Virus record (IMG/VR): IMGVR_UViG_3300038393_001132
Span: 1 to 48,722 of that record
Source: a virus
Taxonomy: Duplodnaviria > Caudoviricetes
Strand: one strand, 5' to 3'
Length of the DNA: 48,722 nucleotides
The position numbers and the translations under genes were made by a program. This document shows positions 10,199-20,777 of the stretch, in pieces. The first letter of the stretch is position 1. Every line of letters starts with the position of its first letter. The notes beneath the pieces are model-generated. The model did not search any database, was not told the DNA's origin, and worked only from the letters and a program-made list of their open reading frames with translations.

Positions 10199-10789
10199 TC
10201 ATAAGCCTGCAATGGATTCAGGTGTTTTTCGTATTCTTTTAGTGGCTTCCTGTAACTCATCATCGCCGTAAAATTGTTTTGTCAGCCTCTCTATTCTTTC
10301 GTGTATTTTTTCAAGCTCTTCTGACATCTTGCTTTTCATGTTCACGGCAGCAACCAAATCTTTGTCTTTATCTTCTTTGATAGGAGTAAAAATTCTTAAA
10401 TTAAATTCCCAAAACAGTTGCAGGGAACTAACTATCATTGCCCATAATCTGTTATCTCCATACTCTTTCAGGTAATCATTTACAACTTCTGTAAACTCTT
10501 CATTCTGACATGAGTAAATATCCTGAAGCAGTTTATCGTCTTTAATCAAATCAAACCCTGCAAGCTCCGCTGCTACCTGCTTTCTTTTTGGCAATAGTGA
10601 GTAGTCCTTTATTAAAGGGCTTGCAGGATCGTAATTGGCAATAATATACTTCACTAACTTCTCCCATTCTCCTTTAGTAAACCGAACCTTTCCTTTTACA
10701 AGTTCTTCCAATCGCTCGTTTTGGTTGAATAAATCTGCTCCTAAAGGATTGTATTTGCAATCTTTAAAACTTTTCCACGTATAAGACAT
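10199..10789 (-). CDS. Putative terminase small subunit / packaging-associated protein
   Basis: Immediately upstream of terL, helical; ATG at 10789 (MSYTWK) preferred over the TTG start at 10855. Confidence 0.45.
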   Translation of the reverse strand: MSYTWKSFKDCKYNPLGADLFNQNERLEELVKGKVRFTKGEWEKLVKYIIANYDPASPLIKDYSLLPKRKQVAAELAGFDLIKDDKLLQDIYSCQNEEFTEVVNDYLKEYGDNRLWAMIVSSLQLFWEFNLRIFTPIKEDKDKDLVAAVNMKSKMSEELEKIHERIERLTKQFYGDDELQEATKRIRKTPESIAGL

Positions 10790-10852
10790 AAATATGACTA
10801 AAAAATTTGGTAATACTAAATAAATGATTATTTTTACAGTACCGTTTACTAA

Positions 10853-10899
10853 CAAAATTAGAATTTACTTTATCTAACTACTAAAGTTTATAGTTATAG
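10853..10899 (-). promoter_or_regulatory. Putative late promoter, terminase/portal operon
   Basis: CTATAACTATAAA...TAATTTTG spanning 47 bp; the box ends 1 nt before the divergent groES ATG. Confidence 0.7.
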
Positions 10900-10900
10900 C

Positions 10901-11161
10901 ATGTGGCAATCCTTCCGGGATAAAATTTTAATTAAACCAATATCCTCTGAACAATCATTAGGAGGTCTTTTTATCCCGGATACTTCTTCCAATAAAAAAC
11001 AGGGAATCGTAATAAATGTAGGCGAAGGGAAACCTGGCGTTCCTATGGCTGTGAAAGTCGGTGAAACAGTTCTATTCGATCAGGAAGATGCTACTCCTAT
11101 TACCCTCGAAGAAGAAGATTACCTGATCCTTAAAGAAGAAAATGTCTGGATGAAAAAATGA
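10901..11161 (+). CDS. groES: Co-chaperonin GroES (Cpn10)
   Basis: DKILIKP...GGLFIPD...GIVINVGEG...VKVGETVLF...YLILKEENV: canonical Cpn10 pattern. Confidence 0.93.
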   Translation: MWQSFRDKILIKPISSEQSLGGLFIPDTSSNKKQGIVINVGEGKPGVPMAVKVGETVLFDQEDATPITLEEEDYLILKEENVWMKK

Positions 11162-11454
11162 AAGGACTGGATCACGATATTGCCCCAGTAGATCAGCACG
11201 AAGCCAAAGGAGTTCGTGAGAAAGACCGCTATATCGCTTCGATGAAATTAAATCCGGGGCAGTCAGTATTTAAGTATTTAGACAAGAAAATCTCCATTAT
11301 AGGAGAGAATGATTATGTGAAAACGAGTATTGCTTTTAGAAATGGTGAGGAAATGAAAGCGCAAAAGAGATTAATAATGGAGAAGGGAGCCTTGTATGTA
11401 GTGGCACTCAATAAGAAAAACGCCATCAAGAAGTTTATTAGACTATTGAAATAA
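11158..11454 (+). CDS. Hypothetical protein
   Basis: 98 aa; start overlaps the groES stop. Confidence 0.65.
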   Translation: MKGLDHDIAPVDQHEAKGVREKDRYIASMKLNPGQSVFKYLDKKISIIGENDYVKTSIAFRNGEEMKAQKRLIMEKGALYVVALNKKNAIKKFIRLLK

Positions 11455-11816
11455 TGACTTTTGAGAACTTTATCCAATGTTTTAGAAAACAATTTATCTT
11501 CCAGACAGGAAGAGGTGGAAGAAGAATCAGTAAGTACTACACTAACGAGAATGCAGAGCAGGGGTTAAGGAACGATCAGTGGGGAATTATGGTCTTCATC
11601 CACACGGGAACTAACTACGGTTTCTCTGACAAACAAATGATCGAGGAATTAAAGATCAAACAAACCCTGTACGACTTTTTAAAAGAAGAGGTATGGAACA
11701 TTATCAATACAGATTACCCCGACGTACTTTTAAGAAGAAAAGTCCTCACTAAAATACGATTGGTAGAAAACTGCATCTACTATACTCACAAGGTTTCTTT
11801 ACGGGAATTTGCATAA
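11454..11816 (+). CDS. Hypothetical protein
   Basis: 120 aa; TAATG coupling to the upstream gene. Confidence 0.65.
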   Translation: MTFENFIQCFRKQFIFQTGRGGRRISKYYTNENAEQGLRNDQWGIMVFIHTGTNYGFSDKQMIEELKIKQTLYDFLKEEVWNIINTDYPDVLLRRKVLTKIRLVENCIYYTHKVSLREFA

Positions 11817-12053
11817 TCACTCACAAATTTTACACGCCCTTCTGTGGTATTTATTTATTGCATCGCTTAGGGAAACCTTAATAATCTCGTGTGTGCAATT
11901 TTCCAATCCCTTGCAAGATTTGGAGGAATGGTAAACACGGGCTGTGTTACTCTTGCATATATAAACCATAGTAGTACTATCTTTGGTTTGTGCACTACAG
12001 GAAGATAGAAAAATATAAAAAACAATAAGAAGAGAGGATAAAATTTTTTTCAT
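11817..12053 (-). CDS. Small lipoprotein/secreted protein with Cys/His cluster
   Basis: Signal peptide with LSSC lipobox-like motif; VYIC..YH...C..L..C...RRACKIC pattern (Ada metal-binding-like). Confidence 0.7.
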   Translation of the reverse strand: MKKILSSLLIVFYIFLSSCSAQTKDSTTMVYICKSNTARVYHSSKSCKGLENCTHEIIKVSLSDAINKYHRRACKICE

Positions 12054-12134
12054 AAAAGAAGGTTATTTAAAAGTTAAGGTACTATTTTTAACATTACTTC
12101 GTTAAATATTATATTTGGAGTATCAACATTGCTT

Positions 12135-12383
12135 ATGAAAATATTTAAGCCAATATTATTAATACTATTTTTTATTTCCTTGTTCGTGTGGTATCAAGTA
12201 CAAATAAGTCAACTTAAAACACAGTTCAAGAAACAAGAAACATTCACCAATGAGTTAGAAAATAAAATAAACTACTTACAAAACGAGAATACAGATTTAC
12301 AAGATAGGTTTGAGCAAGTAGAAAGCAGTAATGATGACCTGGAAAGCAGAATTGATGATTTGGAAAACCGGTTAAATTATTAA
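12135..12383 (+). CDS. Membrane-anchored coiled-coil protein
   Basis: N-terminal TM helix then heptad repeats; TATATTTG -7 element upstream. Confidence 0.65.
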   Translation: MKIFKPILLILFFISLFVWYQVQISQLKTQFKKQETFTNELENKINYLQNENTDLQDRFEQVESSNDDLESRIDDLENRLNY

Positions 12384-12631
12384 TATCCATTCTTATACTT
12401 CTTCATTATTTCACTACATTCTTCGAGTGTGTCAAACGCACCGAGTGGAGCTAAAGAAATAATTAATAAAATCCACGCTAATATACTCAATCCTACCGCA
12501 TATTCCGGGATCATCCTTTTGAGAATAAATAGCACAACAACAGGTAAAATATAAACAGTTATAAAAACGAGAGCGCCTGCAACTCTTTGTACTCTTTTGG
12601 CACGTAGATATTCGTCATGCGAAACCTGCAT
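12380..12631 (-). CDS. Two-TM membrane protein (possible exclusion moron)
   Basis: 83 aa with two hydrophobic helices, just downstream of the large ejection protein. Confidence 0.55.
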   Translation of the reverse strand: MQVSHDEYLRAKRVQRVAGALVFITVYILPVVVLFILKRMIPEYAVGLSILAWILLIISLAPLGAFDTLEECSEIMKKYKNGY

Positions 12632-12657
12632 AATTAGTTATTGAGGAAACGAATATA

Positions 12658-15600
12658 CTATTTTTTATTTTTTGAATTAAATTTGTCGATTTTCTGTTGG
12701 TCGATACCCTCACGTTTCCACTTCATTAAAAGGAGTTTCGCGTGTTCAACTAAAGGCTTTGCAGCGGCATCTTTTTCGGCATCTGTTTTTTTATCGAAAT
12801 AATTTCTGGCCTCTTTTGAGAAGTCTTTGTAATCCCTGCTTGTCTTCAAGTTCCATTCCTCTGCAAATTTCAACATATCCTGTACCGGAGTAGAGTTGTA
12901 GGCGGGAGATTGTTTAAAGAATCCCAGATCGGTAAGGTTGAATTCATTTTTACTGTCATCCTTTCCTATGTCAGATAATTTAATTGCCGCATTTCCTACA
13001 TAAGAGAATTGACCTCTAATGAAGTGATCTATTTGTCTCCCATCTATTCCGGTCGCTTTTTGTAGTAATTGTCCTAATCTTGAAGCTGTTTCAGTATGTC
13101 GTAAAGCCAGATTCAGCCCGTCTTCATTTGCAGGGATAATCGTCTTGTCTCTAAAAAAATCATGGTTAGTTACACCCTCGACTATTGGCGTTAACGGAGC
13201 ACCAAAATTAGCGTCATCTACAGGCATCAATGTTTGATAAAGTGTGCCCGCATATCCATCAAAAGCATTTTCTTCACCATATTGAATTTTACTTAGTAAT
13301 CTGTCGATTCCTGCTCCCATTAATGATAATTCGTAAGGTTTGGGAACTGATAGCCATTTATTGTCACCAATTTTAGCATTCCAATATAAATCTCTTTGGT
13401 ATCGCGGTAAACTTTCATACTCGTCTCCATCTTCTTTATTTCGGTGATTCCAGTACCACAACGCAGCATTAGGAAGAATAGAGTATATTGCCATTCTCGC
13501 GGCAAATCCGGCAGGATTTTCTTTCATCTTTACTATTCCTGACCTAATACCTTGTACGGCAGCATTACTAAAAGGTACAATCTGATTGACTATTTTCATA
13601 AAATGGCCCGCCACAGCAAAATCCACTAAATCTCTCGCATGATACGCTGAATAGAGCATCGCATTGTAGTCGTCCATACCTTCCTTCTTTGCTTTTCTGA
13701 ATCTTCCCCTGTATTCTGCGACACGGTTTACAGTTTCTGACTTCTGTAACAGTCCTTCATATCTTTCCCAAACTTCTTTTAAACGGACAGGGTCGGCAAG
13801 AATGAATTTTTTATTCTTAGATAAATCATCCATTGTGGTTTCTAACAGTCCGTAATAGTGGGCACGGTCTTTCACGTAGAACCCGGCATTTAACCCTCCA
13901 GCTCTTGCTACATCATTCCAGTGTTGTTTATCTCCAAATAAGTCTTTTAGATTGGAGGCATTCGATTTAATTATCCTATCCTGTGTATCTCTAACGATAT
14001 TTCTGGCCGCAAAAGTCGGGAACATGGTTACGGTATTGCGAAGTAGTGCCGGAAGAACCCGAATAAAAGGTGGCAGTTTCCATCCATCGTGATCTAATCC
14101 TTTTAGAGCTTTGTAAATATCTTGTTGGAAAAGCCAATTTTCAGGCTTCCCGTTAATGAATATTTTAATCGCATTTTTATCTCCTTCTTTTCCTATAACT
14201 CCTATATCTGCAAAATTCTTCACCGGCCCTTCATTCATACCTCTTGTTTCTACCAGCATATCCCGGAATGCTTTTAGTACTTCATTTCTGTCTGCTTCAC
14301 GAACCGAAGTATAAACGCTTTCGAGTAATGAAGTGTATGGGTTGGTGATCTTTTTAGTTGACCCTTTAATCTTATTAATCGGGTTCGTTACGGATGCCAT
14401 CTTACCTCCTTTGCCTCCAACGACGGTTAATTCTGTTCCGGGCTCCGATTCAAAGATTCTCTTCATTGCTACATACTGAAGATTATCTTTTTTTATTGCC
14501 TCATACTGTTCTTTTGATAGTCTCCCTTTATCTCTCATATATTTTAGTACGTCATCGGCGAACTCACGATAACGGCTCGCGGCTTCTTCAATCCTTTCAA
14601 GTCTGTTTGGATCTCCTGTTTTAAATTCTTCGAGGGCTTTCTTTGCTACATCGACATCGCGATAAATACCCCCGCCAATTCCTGAAATGATACTGGCTCT
14701 GTCAAATCTCCCTCTTAATTCTACGGTACGTTCGGCTGTCATATAAGCGACTACATCTTTGAGGTCATTTTCGATACTTTTCATATCGCTATTATCAAGT
14801 GGTTCCAATAACCATTCGAGATTCTTTACTTTGCCGTCTCCAGTTTTCAGTATCTCATTTTTGGAATTGATCATTCCATTCTTAATAATTTCTCCAAACT
14901 TGCCATCGATTCCGAGTAATAGTCTGGAAAGAATTACCGGGTCGTTCTCCGGCAGCACGTCATCAATTCCTTTTATACCTTTAGCGAAATCAAAAGCTTT
15001 TTCAAAAGCCCGTAATGGTTTGGTGAATTGCGCAGCCATTTTATCCGCGAAGCTAACCGTGAAATTTCCGGTATCTTCACTGAATATCTTCTTAATTAAC
15101 CCGTGTGCTTCTTCGGGCTTGAATTCGATATTGGAAAGAACCTGATCGCGACCAGTTGCGCCAGCCCACGATCTAATGTCATCTGATAAGGTTTGTATAG
15201 CAAGTTGCATTTTAGAATCCACTTCGCTTGTATAAATCTTGTAAATTCCCGGCGCTTTATTTATGGCTTCTTTAGGATTGACTATGAACGCTCTAAGCCA
15301 CTCTGCGAATCCTTCATTTTGTTTGTATCTTGTAGGGTTAGGATGTTCTTTTGGTGGTTTACTTGCTGCGGGAGAATCCATAAAATAAGGAAGTTCTTTT
15401 AATGCTTCAGGGTTATTAATGATCTCCGGTATTATAGAATGTTGGTCATCAATCATGTGCCCGATCTCATGAGCGGTAGTATCTAAGTCGCCTGAATACT
15501 TTAGTTTAATCCCTTTATTAGCGGGATTGTAAGTTCCTGCCACACCACGTCTCCCTGGCTTTGCATTAAGGACTTTTTGTTTAACAGATGTAGTGAACTC

Positions 15601-18600
15601 TCTTAATATTTTAGAAAGGTCTTTCACCTCCCCTATTATCGGATCAACCGCTATTCTTCCGGTATTTTTATTTGGTTTAGAACCCGCAATTTCTTCATAA
15701 TGTTCATTTTTAGCAGATTCTATACTGCCGGTTTGTTCCTTGACATACTTTTTACTCAACTCCCTTAAATCTTTAGTAGGTATTTCTACATCTGAAGACC
15801 GTAATTTATTATAGTCTTCTACGGATTCGCTGGGGTGGAGTTCTCTGTAGGCGGAGTAAGAATTGGAGCGCGCAAAGGCTGTCTTCCCGATATTTTTTTC
15901 GGCTTCTGGTTGTAAATCCCCGGCTTTTTCTGGTGAGGGATTTTTAGTTTCTGTGATCTTATCTTTCTGGATTTCTGTACCAGATTCATCAGTTTTACCA
16001 TTGCCAGCACCCTGTTGTCCTGTTGCTGTTGGTTCTGTAATATGTCCATTTAAATCTTCTTTTACGTTTTTAAAATCTTCAGGGGTTAACCCGGCTTCAT
16101 TAAATAAATGTTTGAAGTCATCAATATTATCAAGTGTAATTCCTTCTTGTACGGCCCGGTCGGCGACCTTCTTTGGTATTTTCTCTTTTGCAATTCTTAT
16201 TTGTGATTTATTAAGTTTAAATTCAGGAATATTTGCTTCTTCAGGGAATAAATCTGTTCCTGCTTTGACACTTTTTCTGGTATCTAATCTTGCGTCAACA
16301 TTATCTATGAATTTTTTACCTTTTTCTGATACCACATAATTATTATTACTGAAATCATCAGGAATTTCAAGATAGCCATTATCATACAATTTGCTATAAG
16401 CTACTCCTTTTAAACCCTTCTTATCTTCTAAAGTCTCTGCATCAACTTCGCCATTTTTGCCTAATTGATGAAGCATTCCAGCTTCCATTTCTTTCAGATC
16501 AGGATATTTAGGCAAAACATCTTTAATGGCGATATTTTTATTTGCTTTTACTTCTTTATGGGGTTCTATTTCTTTTCCTGTGGAATTATTTTCTTCGGTA
16601 TTTGTTGGTTTACTGGAAGGTTGCTCTTCTGTTGGTGTTGGTTCTTTTGGTGTTAACAAATCCTCTACTGCTTTTACTAATTCAGGATTGCTTCCATCTT
16701 GTTTTGCCTTGTGGTAGGCTTCGGAAATAACATCTTCTCTGTTTTTCTCTTTAAATATATCATTTAACTTTTTGATATTTTCTTGCGCTTCTTTTGGCTG
16801 CTTAGAAACCCAATTTTCATCCATTTTAGATACCCTGTAAAATCCATTTGTATTTGGATTGTCAACTTGCTCTTTAGGTATTAAATCAATTAGTTCTAAT
16901 TGTTTTTGCTTACCTATCCGTTTATCTTCAAAATACTTATCATTCAACTCTTTAGCGGTTTCCTCTACACTACTTATTGCTTTATTGATAGGTTCTTCTC
17001 TATCAGAAATAATTGGAGAACTTGTAGGTTTAGGGTTTTCAACATTATTTTGTTCTGAATTATCTGATTCTGAATTATTTATACTATTTACTTCATCTTT
17101 TGTTTCACGTGAAACCAAGTAGTTCTTAATATTATCCTGAACTACGGTTTTTGGTTTTTCTCCTACAACGTCGGCAGATTTTTCTTCATCAGAAAGTTTT
17201 TGCAACTCTGTCTTTAACTGGTCAGGAAAATTAGCTTGCGTTTGTATATCTTCTGGTTTCTCTATCTTCCTCCCTTTTGCGATATTCTGGGCTAAATCCT
17301 TAACCTGTTGTTGGGCTACATCGTCATAAGTTGGTGGTTCAAAAGTCTTTCCGGTAGCCGGATTAATCTCGTTTTCCAGTGGTTTGCCTGTACGGTAAAT
17401 TTCGTTTATCTGGTTGTTGATTCCGTCTATTTCAGGTTGGTTTAACTTTCGGGCTGTTGGGTCTAATGTTTCATTCTGCTGCTCTAAACTGTTTCTCTTT
17501 AAAATAAGTCCGGCTACGCTTGATTTAGATTCGTCAGACAAGTAGTCTGGAACGGTTTTTAGTACGTTATCAAACTCCTGTAAACTACTGATCGTCTTCT
17601 GATATTGGTCGGGAGTAAGTGCGCCCCCGTCCAAGCCTTTTTGAAGTGCCTGTTGAAAGACTTCAGGTTTTATTTTGGTCAACAGGTCATACTTGATGGC
17701 GCTTTTAATTATTGGTGGTGCTTTTACTACTCCTGACAATACTCCTATTCCTGCGTCCAGTAGTGTTCCTAATGGTGCATTCTCGGCAAAAGCCTGCGCC
17801 ATATCAGAAGCAATATTCGAAGCGTTCTTATCAGTTACTCCTTCTAAGTTATGTCCTATGTCTTTGGCTCCTTCAACTACTGAAGTTTTCTCTCCTAAAC
17901 TTAATCCACTGTTGATCGCATTGGACGCAAGTTTTGATATTCCACTGGCTGCGGTAGTTTCTGCATCCTTTACAGGAACAGAAGCTATCTTTTTTAAGAT
18001 ATTTCCTGTTACTGAACTTCCTAATTCTCCGTTTCCTACCATAGAGAAAAGTCCTGCTGTTGCCACACCTGCCATACGGTCTACATCTTCTCCGTTTCGG
18101 GCTTCTTTCATTTGTTCAACCTGATCTCCTTGAGGATTTTTTTGCCTCAATGCGTAGAACCTTTGAAGGGTTCCATTCATACCGCTTATATTAGCGTCAG
18201 CCCCCTCGTTTAGAGCAAATGACATCACAGGTTTAAGGGCTAATGTAGATAGTCCTCCGGTTTCCGGCGCAAGGGTGCTCAATGCCCCTCCTACTGCGGC
18301 TCCGGCTGCATACCTGCCCATTGTGGGTGCTATATCTCCAATTAAAGCACCTACCGATCCTGCCTGTGTTGGTTTAACTCCTATATACGGAGTTTGAGGA
18401 TGCTTGTTGGCGTAATCTACTCTTTCCTGGTCGGTCATATTCTTGAAATCTCTGGCATCTTTCAAGTTAGTTACCCCTGTTTTGAGATGATCCCAAAGGC
18501 TCCCGAATAGTCCGGGTGTCTGCACAAGTCCGGGGTTGCCATCCTTGTCGAATGATACTGCTGCGTTTCCGCTTGATATTTGATCCTGAAAGTTTTGTTT

Positions 18601-19185
18601 TTCTTTATTAAGTAGAGCCGCATTATTCGGGTCTATACCTTTTATTTGAAGGGATTTTTTAGCTGCGTTAGTGATCGCATCGGGAGTAGCTTTAAGAACC
18701 TTCTCTTTATAGTCGGCTTTTTGTTGGTTAAACTCTGGTATGTGAGCTTCATTGTATTCTCCTTGTAGCGCTTCTTTAGGCGCTACGTTCGTAGTGTTGT
18801 CGCTTACTGACTGTTGATTAAGGGCAATCTGGTCGTGATTTAAGCCAAAGTTATTCTCAATAGTTGGCTTTTCGGGTTGTTGTTCAGGTTGTTCTGGTTG
18901 TTCTTGATTAAAAGGTAGCGGTTTTTGAGGTTCACCCTGATTTATTTTAGCAGAAAAACCTTTTGGTTGTCCTCCTTGTGCAAAAGTCTGCATAAATTCC
19001 TTCTGTGAACCTAAATTATCTTCGGTATAGCCGTCACTTATTAACCCGTTATAGATTTTATCAGCTTTTACAGGATCGCTCAATGCAGCAGAAAACTCAT
19101 CAATACTTCCCAAGTTCTTAGAAGTATAGCCGTCATTAATCAGATTTGTATAAAGTTTGGCTGCTTTGGGATTATCTACTTGCAT
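12658..19185 (-). CDS. Large internal virion/ejection protein, polyvalent (zincin HExxH + LPD38-like C-terminus)
   Basis: 2175 aa; AHEIGH...EGFAE metallopeptidase motif; C-terminal VPFSNAAVQG...YESLPRYQRDLYW...VPKPYEL resembles LPD38. Confidence 0.75.
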   Translation of the reverse strand: MQVDNPKAAKLYTNLINDGYTSKNLGSIDEFSAALSDPVKADKIYNGLISDGYTEDNLGSQKEFMQTFAQGGQPKGFSAKINQGEPQKPLPFNQEQPEQPEQQPEKPTIENNFGLNHDQIALNQQSVSDNTTNVAPKEALQGEYNEAHIPEFNQQKADYKEKVLKATPDAITNAAKKSLQIKGIDPNNAALLNKEKQNFQDQISSGNAAVSFDKDGNPGLVQTPGLFGSLWDHLKTGVTNLKDARDFKNMTDQERVDYANKHPQTPYIGVKPTQAGSVGALIGDIAPTMGRYAAGAAVGGALSTLAPETGGLSTLALKPVMSFALNEGADANISGMNGTLQRFYALRQKNPQGDQVEQMKEARNGEDVDRMAGVATAGLFSMVGNGELGSSVTGNILKKIASVPVKDAETTAASGISKLASNAINSGLSLGEKTSVVEGAKDIGHNLEGVTDKNASNIASDMAQAFAENAPLGTLLDAGIGVLSGVVKAPPIIKSAIKYDLLTKIKPEVFQQALQKGLDGGALTPDQYQKTISSLQEFDNVLKTVPDYLSDESKSSVAGLILKRNSLEQQNETLDPTARKLNQPEIDGINNQINEIYRTGKPLENEINPATGKTFEPPTYDDVAQQQVKDLAQNIAKGRKIEKPEDIQTQANFPDQLKTELQKLSDEEKSADVVGEKPKTVVQDNIKNYLVSRETKDEVNSINNSESDNSEQNNVENPKPTSSPIISDREEPINKAISSVEETAKELNDKYFEDKRIGKQKQLELIDLIPKEQVDNPNTNGFYRVSKMDENWVSKQPKEAQENIKKLNDIFKEKNREDVISEAYHKAKQDGSNPELVKAVEDLLTPKEPTPTEEQPSSKPTNTEENNSTGKEIEPHKEVKANKNIAIKDVLPKYPDLKEMEAGMLHQLGKNGEVDAETLEDKKGLKGVAYSKLYDNGYLEIPDDFSNNNYVVSEKGKKFIDNVDARLDTRKSVKAGTDLFPEEANIPEFKLNKSQIRIAKEKIPKKVADRAVQEGITLDNIDDFKHLFNEAGLTPEDFKNVKEDLNGHITEPTATGQQGAGNGKTDESGTEIQKDKITETKNPSPEKAGDLQPEAEKNIGKTAFARSNSYSAYRELHPSESVEDYNKLRSSDVEIPTKDLRELSKKYVKEQTGSIESAKNEHYEEIAGSKPNKNTGRIAVDPIIGEVKDLSKILREFTTSVKQKVLNAKPGRRGVAGTYNPANKGIKLKYSGDLDTTAHEIGHMIDDQHSIIPEIINNPEALKELPYFMDSPAASKPPKEHPNPTRYKQNEGFAEWLRAFIVNPKEAINKAPGIYKIYTSEVDSKMQLAIQTLSDDIRSWAGATGRDQVLSNIEFKPEEAHGLIKKIFSEDTGNFTVSFADKMAAQFTKPLRAFEKAFDFAKGIKGIDDVLPENDPVILSRLLLGIDGKFGEIIKNGMINSKNEILKTGDGKVKNLEWLLEPLDNSDMKSIENDLKDVVAYMTAERTVELRGRFDRASIISGIGGGIYRDVDVAKKALEEFKTGDPNRLERIEEAASRYREFADDVLKYMRDKGRLSKEQYEAIKKDNLQYVAMKRIFESEPGTELTVVGGKGGKMASVTNPINKIKGSTKKITNPYTSLLESVYTSVREADRNEVLKAFRDMLVETRGMNEGPVKNFADIGVIGKEGDKNAIKIFINGKPENWLFQQDIYKALKGLDHDGWKLPPFIRVLPALLRNTVTMFPTFAARNIVRDTQDRIIKSNASNLKDLFGDKQHWNDVARAGGLNAGFYVKDRAHYYGLLETTMDDLSKNKKFILADPVRLKEVWERYEGLLQKSETVNRVAEYRGRFRKAKKEGMDDYNAMLYSAYHARDLVDFAVAGHFMKIVNQIVPFSNAAVQGIRSGIVKMKENPAGFAARMAIYSILPNAALWYWNHRNKEDGDEYESLPRYQRDLYWNAKIGDNKWLSVPKPYELSLMGAGIDRLLSKIQYGEENAFDGYAGTLYQTLMPVDDANFGAPLTPIVEGVTNHDFFRDKTIIPANEDGLNLALRHTETASRLGQLLQKATGIDGRQIDHFIRGQFSYVGNAAIKLSDIGKDDSKNEFNLTDLGFFKQSPAYNSTPVQDMLKFAEEWNLKTSRDYKDFSKEARNYFDKKTDAEKDAAAKPLVEHAKLLLMKWKREGIDQQKIDKFNSKNKK

Positions 19186-20777
19186 TAGTACATTTTATTG
19201 CTGGTTCCCTTAAATTTATTTCCTATTGACTTAACTCTGTCAACAACTTTCTGAACTACGGTCTTTTTGATACCCATTTTACTTTTGGAGATACCTTTTA
19301 ATTGACGTTCAAAAGCAGCATCTTTGTCGATTAATTTAGGATTACCGTCCGCATCAGTTCCGTACCAGTTGTTGTCATCATAAATATAGACTTTCTTGCC
19401 GTTAATATCGAACGGTTTTACATTGTTGGGGTCGTCTCCGGTCATACCAGATTTATTATTGGTGATCGTATGTAAGTCTCCTTTGTCGATCTTGTTTACG
19501 TCAATATAATTAATGGTTTGCCCAGTGAGAGGTATTGTCACACTTTCGCCTTTTTGCTCATACTTATCTGTTAACGGCTCGATTCCGTCATCTTTAGCAT
19601 CCGCCTTGTCTTTTGCGATCGCTACTCTTTCTTTTGAAAGTCCTAAATTGGCTTGTGCTATCCCAAGTCTCGCATTAGCCAACCCTTCGCTGAATGCCTG
19701 GTGCTTTAATTGGGCGCTCTTATCTTGTGGGGTAGTGAATTTATACCTTTTGTCCGCTTCCCCTTTTAGGTTCTGGTACAGAATGTTTTTTCGGAGCATA
19801 TCTGCATAAGGGCTGTCGGGAGAAATCTGATACCCTGCGGCGTTAAGGGTGTTAAGCTGGTCTTTGACTTGTTTTTCAATTCCTGAACCGAGTGCTCCCG
19901 TGTAATACTGTCTGAAGGTGTCGTCAGAAACTACCGGAACTTTATTACCGTTTTGATCCACATAATCAGTGTCCTGATCGGGCATCCTATAATTAGATGT
20001 TCCCGCCACTTCTATTACGGGTTTACCGTTTTGATAGACTACTTTCCCGTTGTCTCTCTTAATTGTTACGAGTGGAGAAAGTTTCCCCTTATAACCCGGT
20101 GTTACGAGGTTATGGTTGGCATCATAAGTAGGTTCTTCTCCTTCATCCTGGAGTTTTTGAGCGTCAAATAATCGTGAGGTAGCTGAATTTTGAGCATCAG
20201 TAGTGTAAGCGTTCTCATAGTGATTATGGTACGCGTCCGCAACGTAATTCTGGTTTGGGTCAATTTCCTGCGGTGATTTGAGTACATAATTACCTTCTGC
20301 ATCCTTTTTATAGGACATATCGTGTTTGGCGATGCTGGCGATTGCTGCCATATCCAGTCCGGGATTTTTCTTGGCTAAGTCACTAAGTGAAGCGGCGATA
20401 TTCTTGTCTCCTTCCTGAACATTTTGGGCGTGTGCTTTGGCCTGAACTAAATTATCGTTGATGTGTGCCATGACCTGATCTTCCGGCACACCTGAATTCA
20501 ATTCTTTGTTGGCCTGATCATTAATAGCTTGCAGATTAGAGTTGATGATTCCCTGATAGGTTGCGTTCGTATCAAAGTCCTTACTATTTAAACGGTTTCC
20601 CAGGTAGGTTTGAACCCGTAAGCGTCTTTCCTGATCGGCCTTTTGTTGTGCCAGTCTCTCGGCTTGCCTCTGGCGCTCCATTTGTGCAAACTGGTCAGAG
20701 AAATGCAAAAGAGCATTTTCGTTTGACGGTAGGACTGTTGCTTCATCACCGTGGTAATCTAAATATCCGTTAGGCAT
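19185..20777 (-). CDS. Internal virion/ejection protein
   Basis: 530 aa, Q/N/D-rich, in the ejection-protein cluster. Confidence 0.6.
   Translation of the reverse strand: MPNGYLDYHGDEATVLPSNENALLHFSDQFAQMERQRQAERLAQQKADQERRLRVQTYLGNRLNSKDFDTNATYQGIINSNLQAINDQANKELNSGVPEDQVMAHINDNLVQAKAHAQNVQEGDKNIAASLSDLAKKNPGLDMAAIASIAKHDMSYKKDAEGNYVLKSPQEIDPNQNYVADAYHNHYENAYTTDAQNSATSRLFDAQKLQDEGEEPTYDANHNLVTPGYKGKLSPLVTIKRDNGKVVYQNGKPVIEVAGTSNYRMPDQDTDYVDQNGNKVPVVSDDTFRQYYTGALGSGIEKQVKDQLNTLNAAGYQISPDSPYADMLRKNILYQNLKGEADKRYKFTTPQDKSAQLKHQAFSEGLANARLGIAQANLGLSKERVAIAKDKADAKDDGIEPLTDKYEQKGESVTIPLTGQTINYIDVNKIDKGDLHTITNNKSGMTGDDPNNVKPFDINGKKVYIYDDNNWYGTDADGNPKLIDKDAAFERQLKGISKSKMGIKKTVVQKVVDRVKSIGNKFKGTSNKMY

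Noticed and set aside
12658-19185. crAss-type virion RNA polymerase
   Set aside because: No DxDxD catalytic motif in a polymerase-like context was seen; zincin and LPD38-like features fit better.
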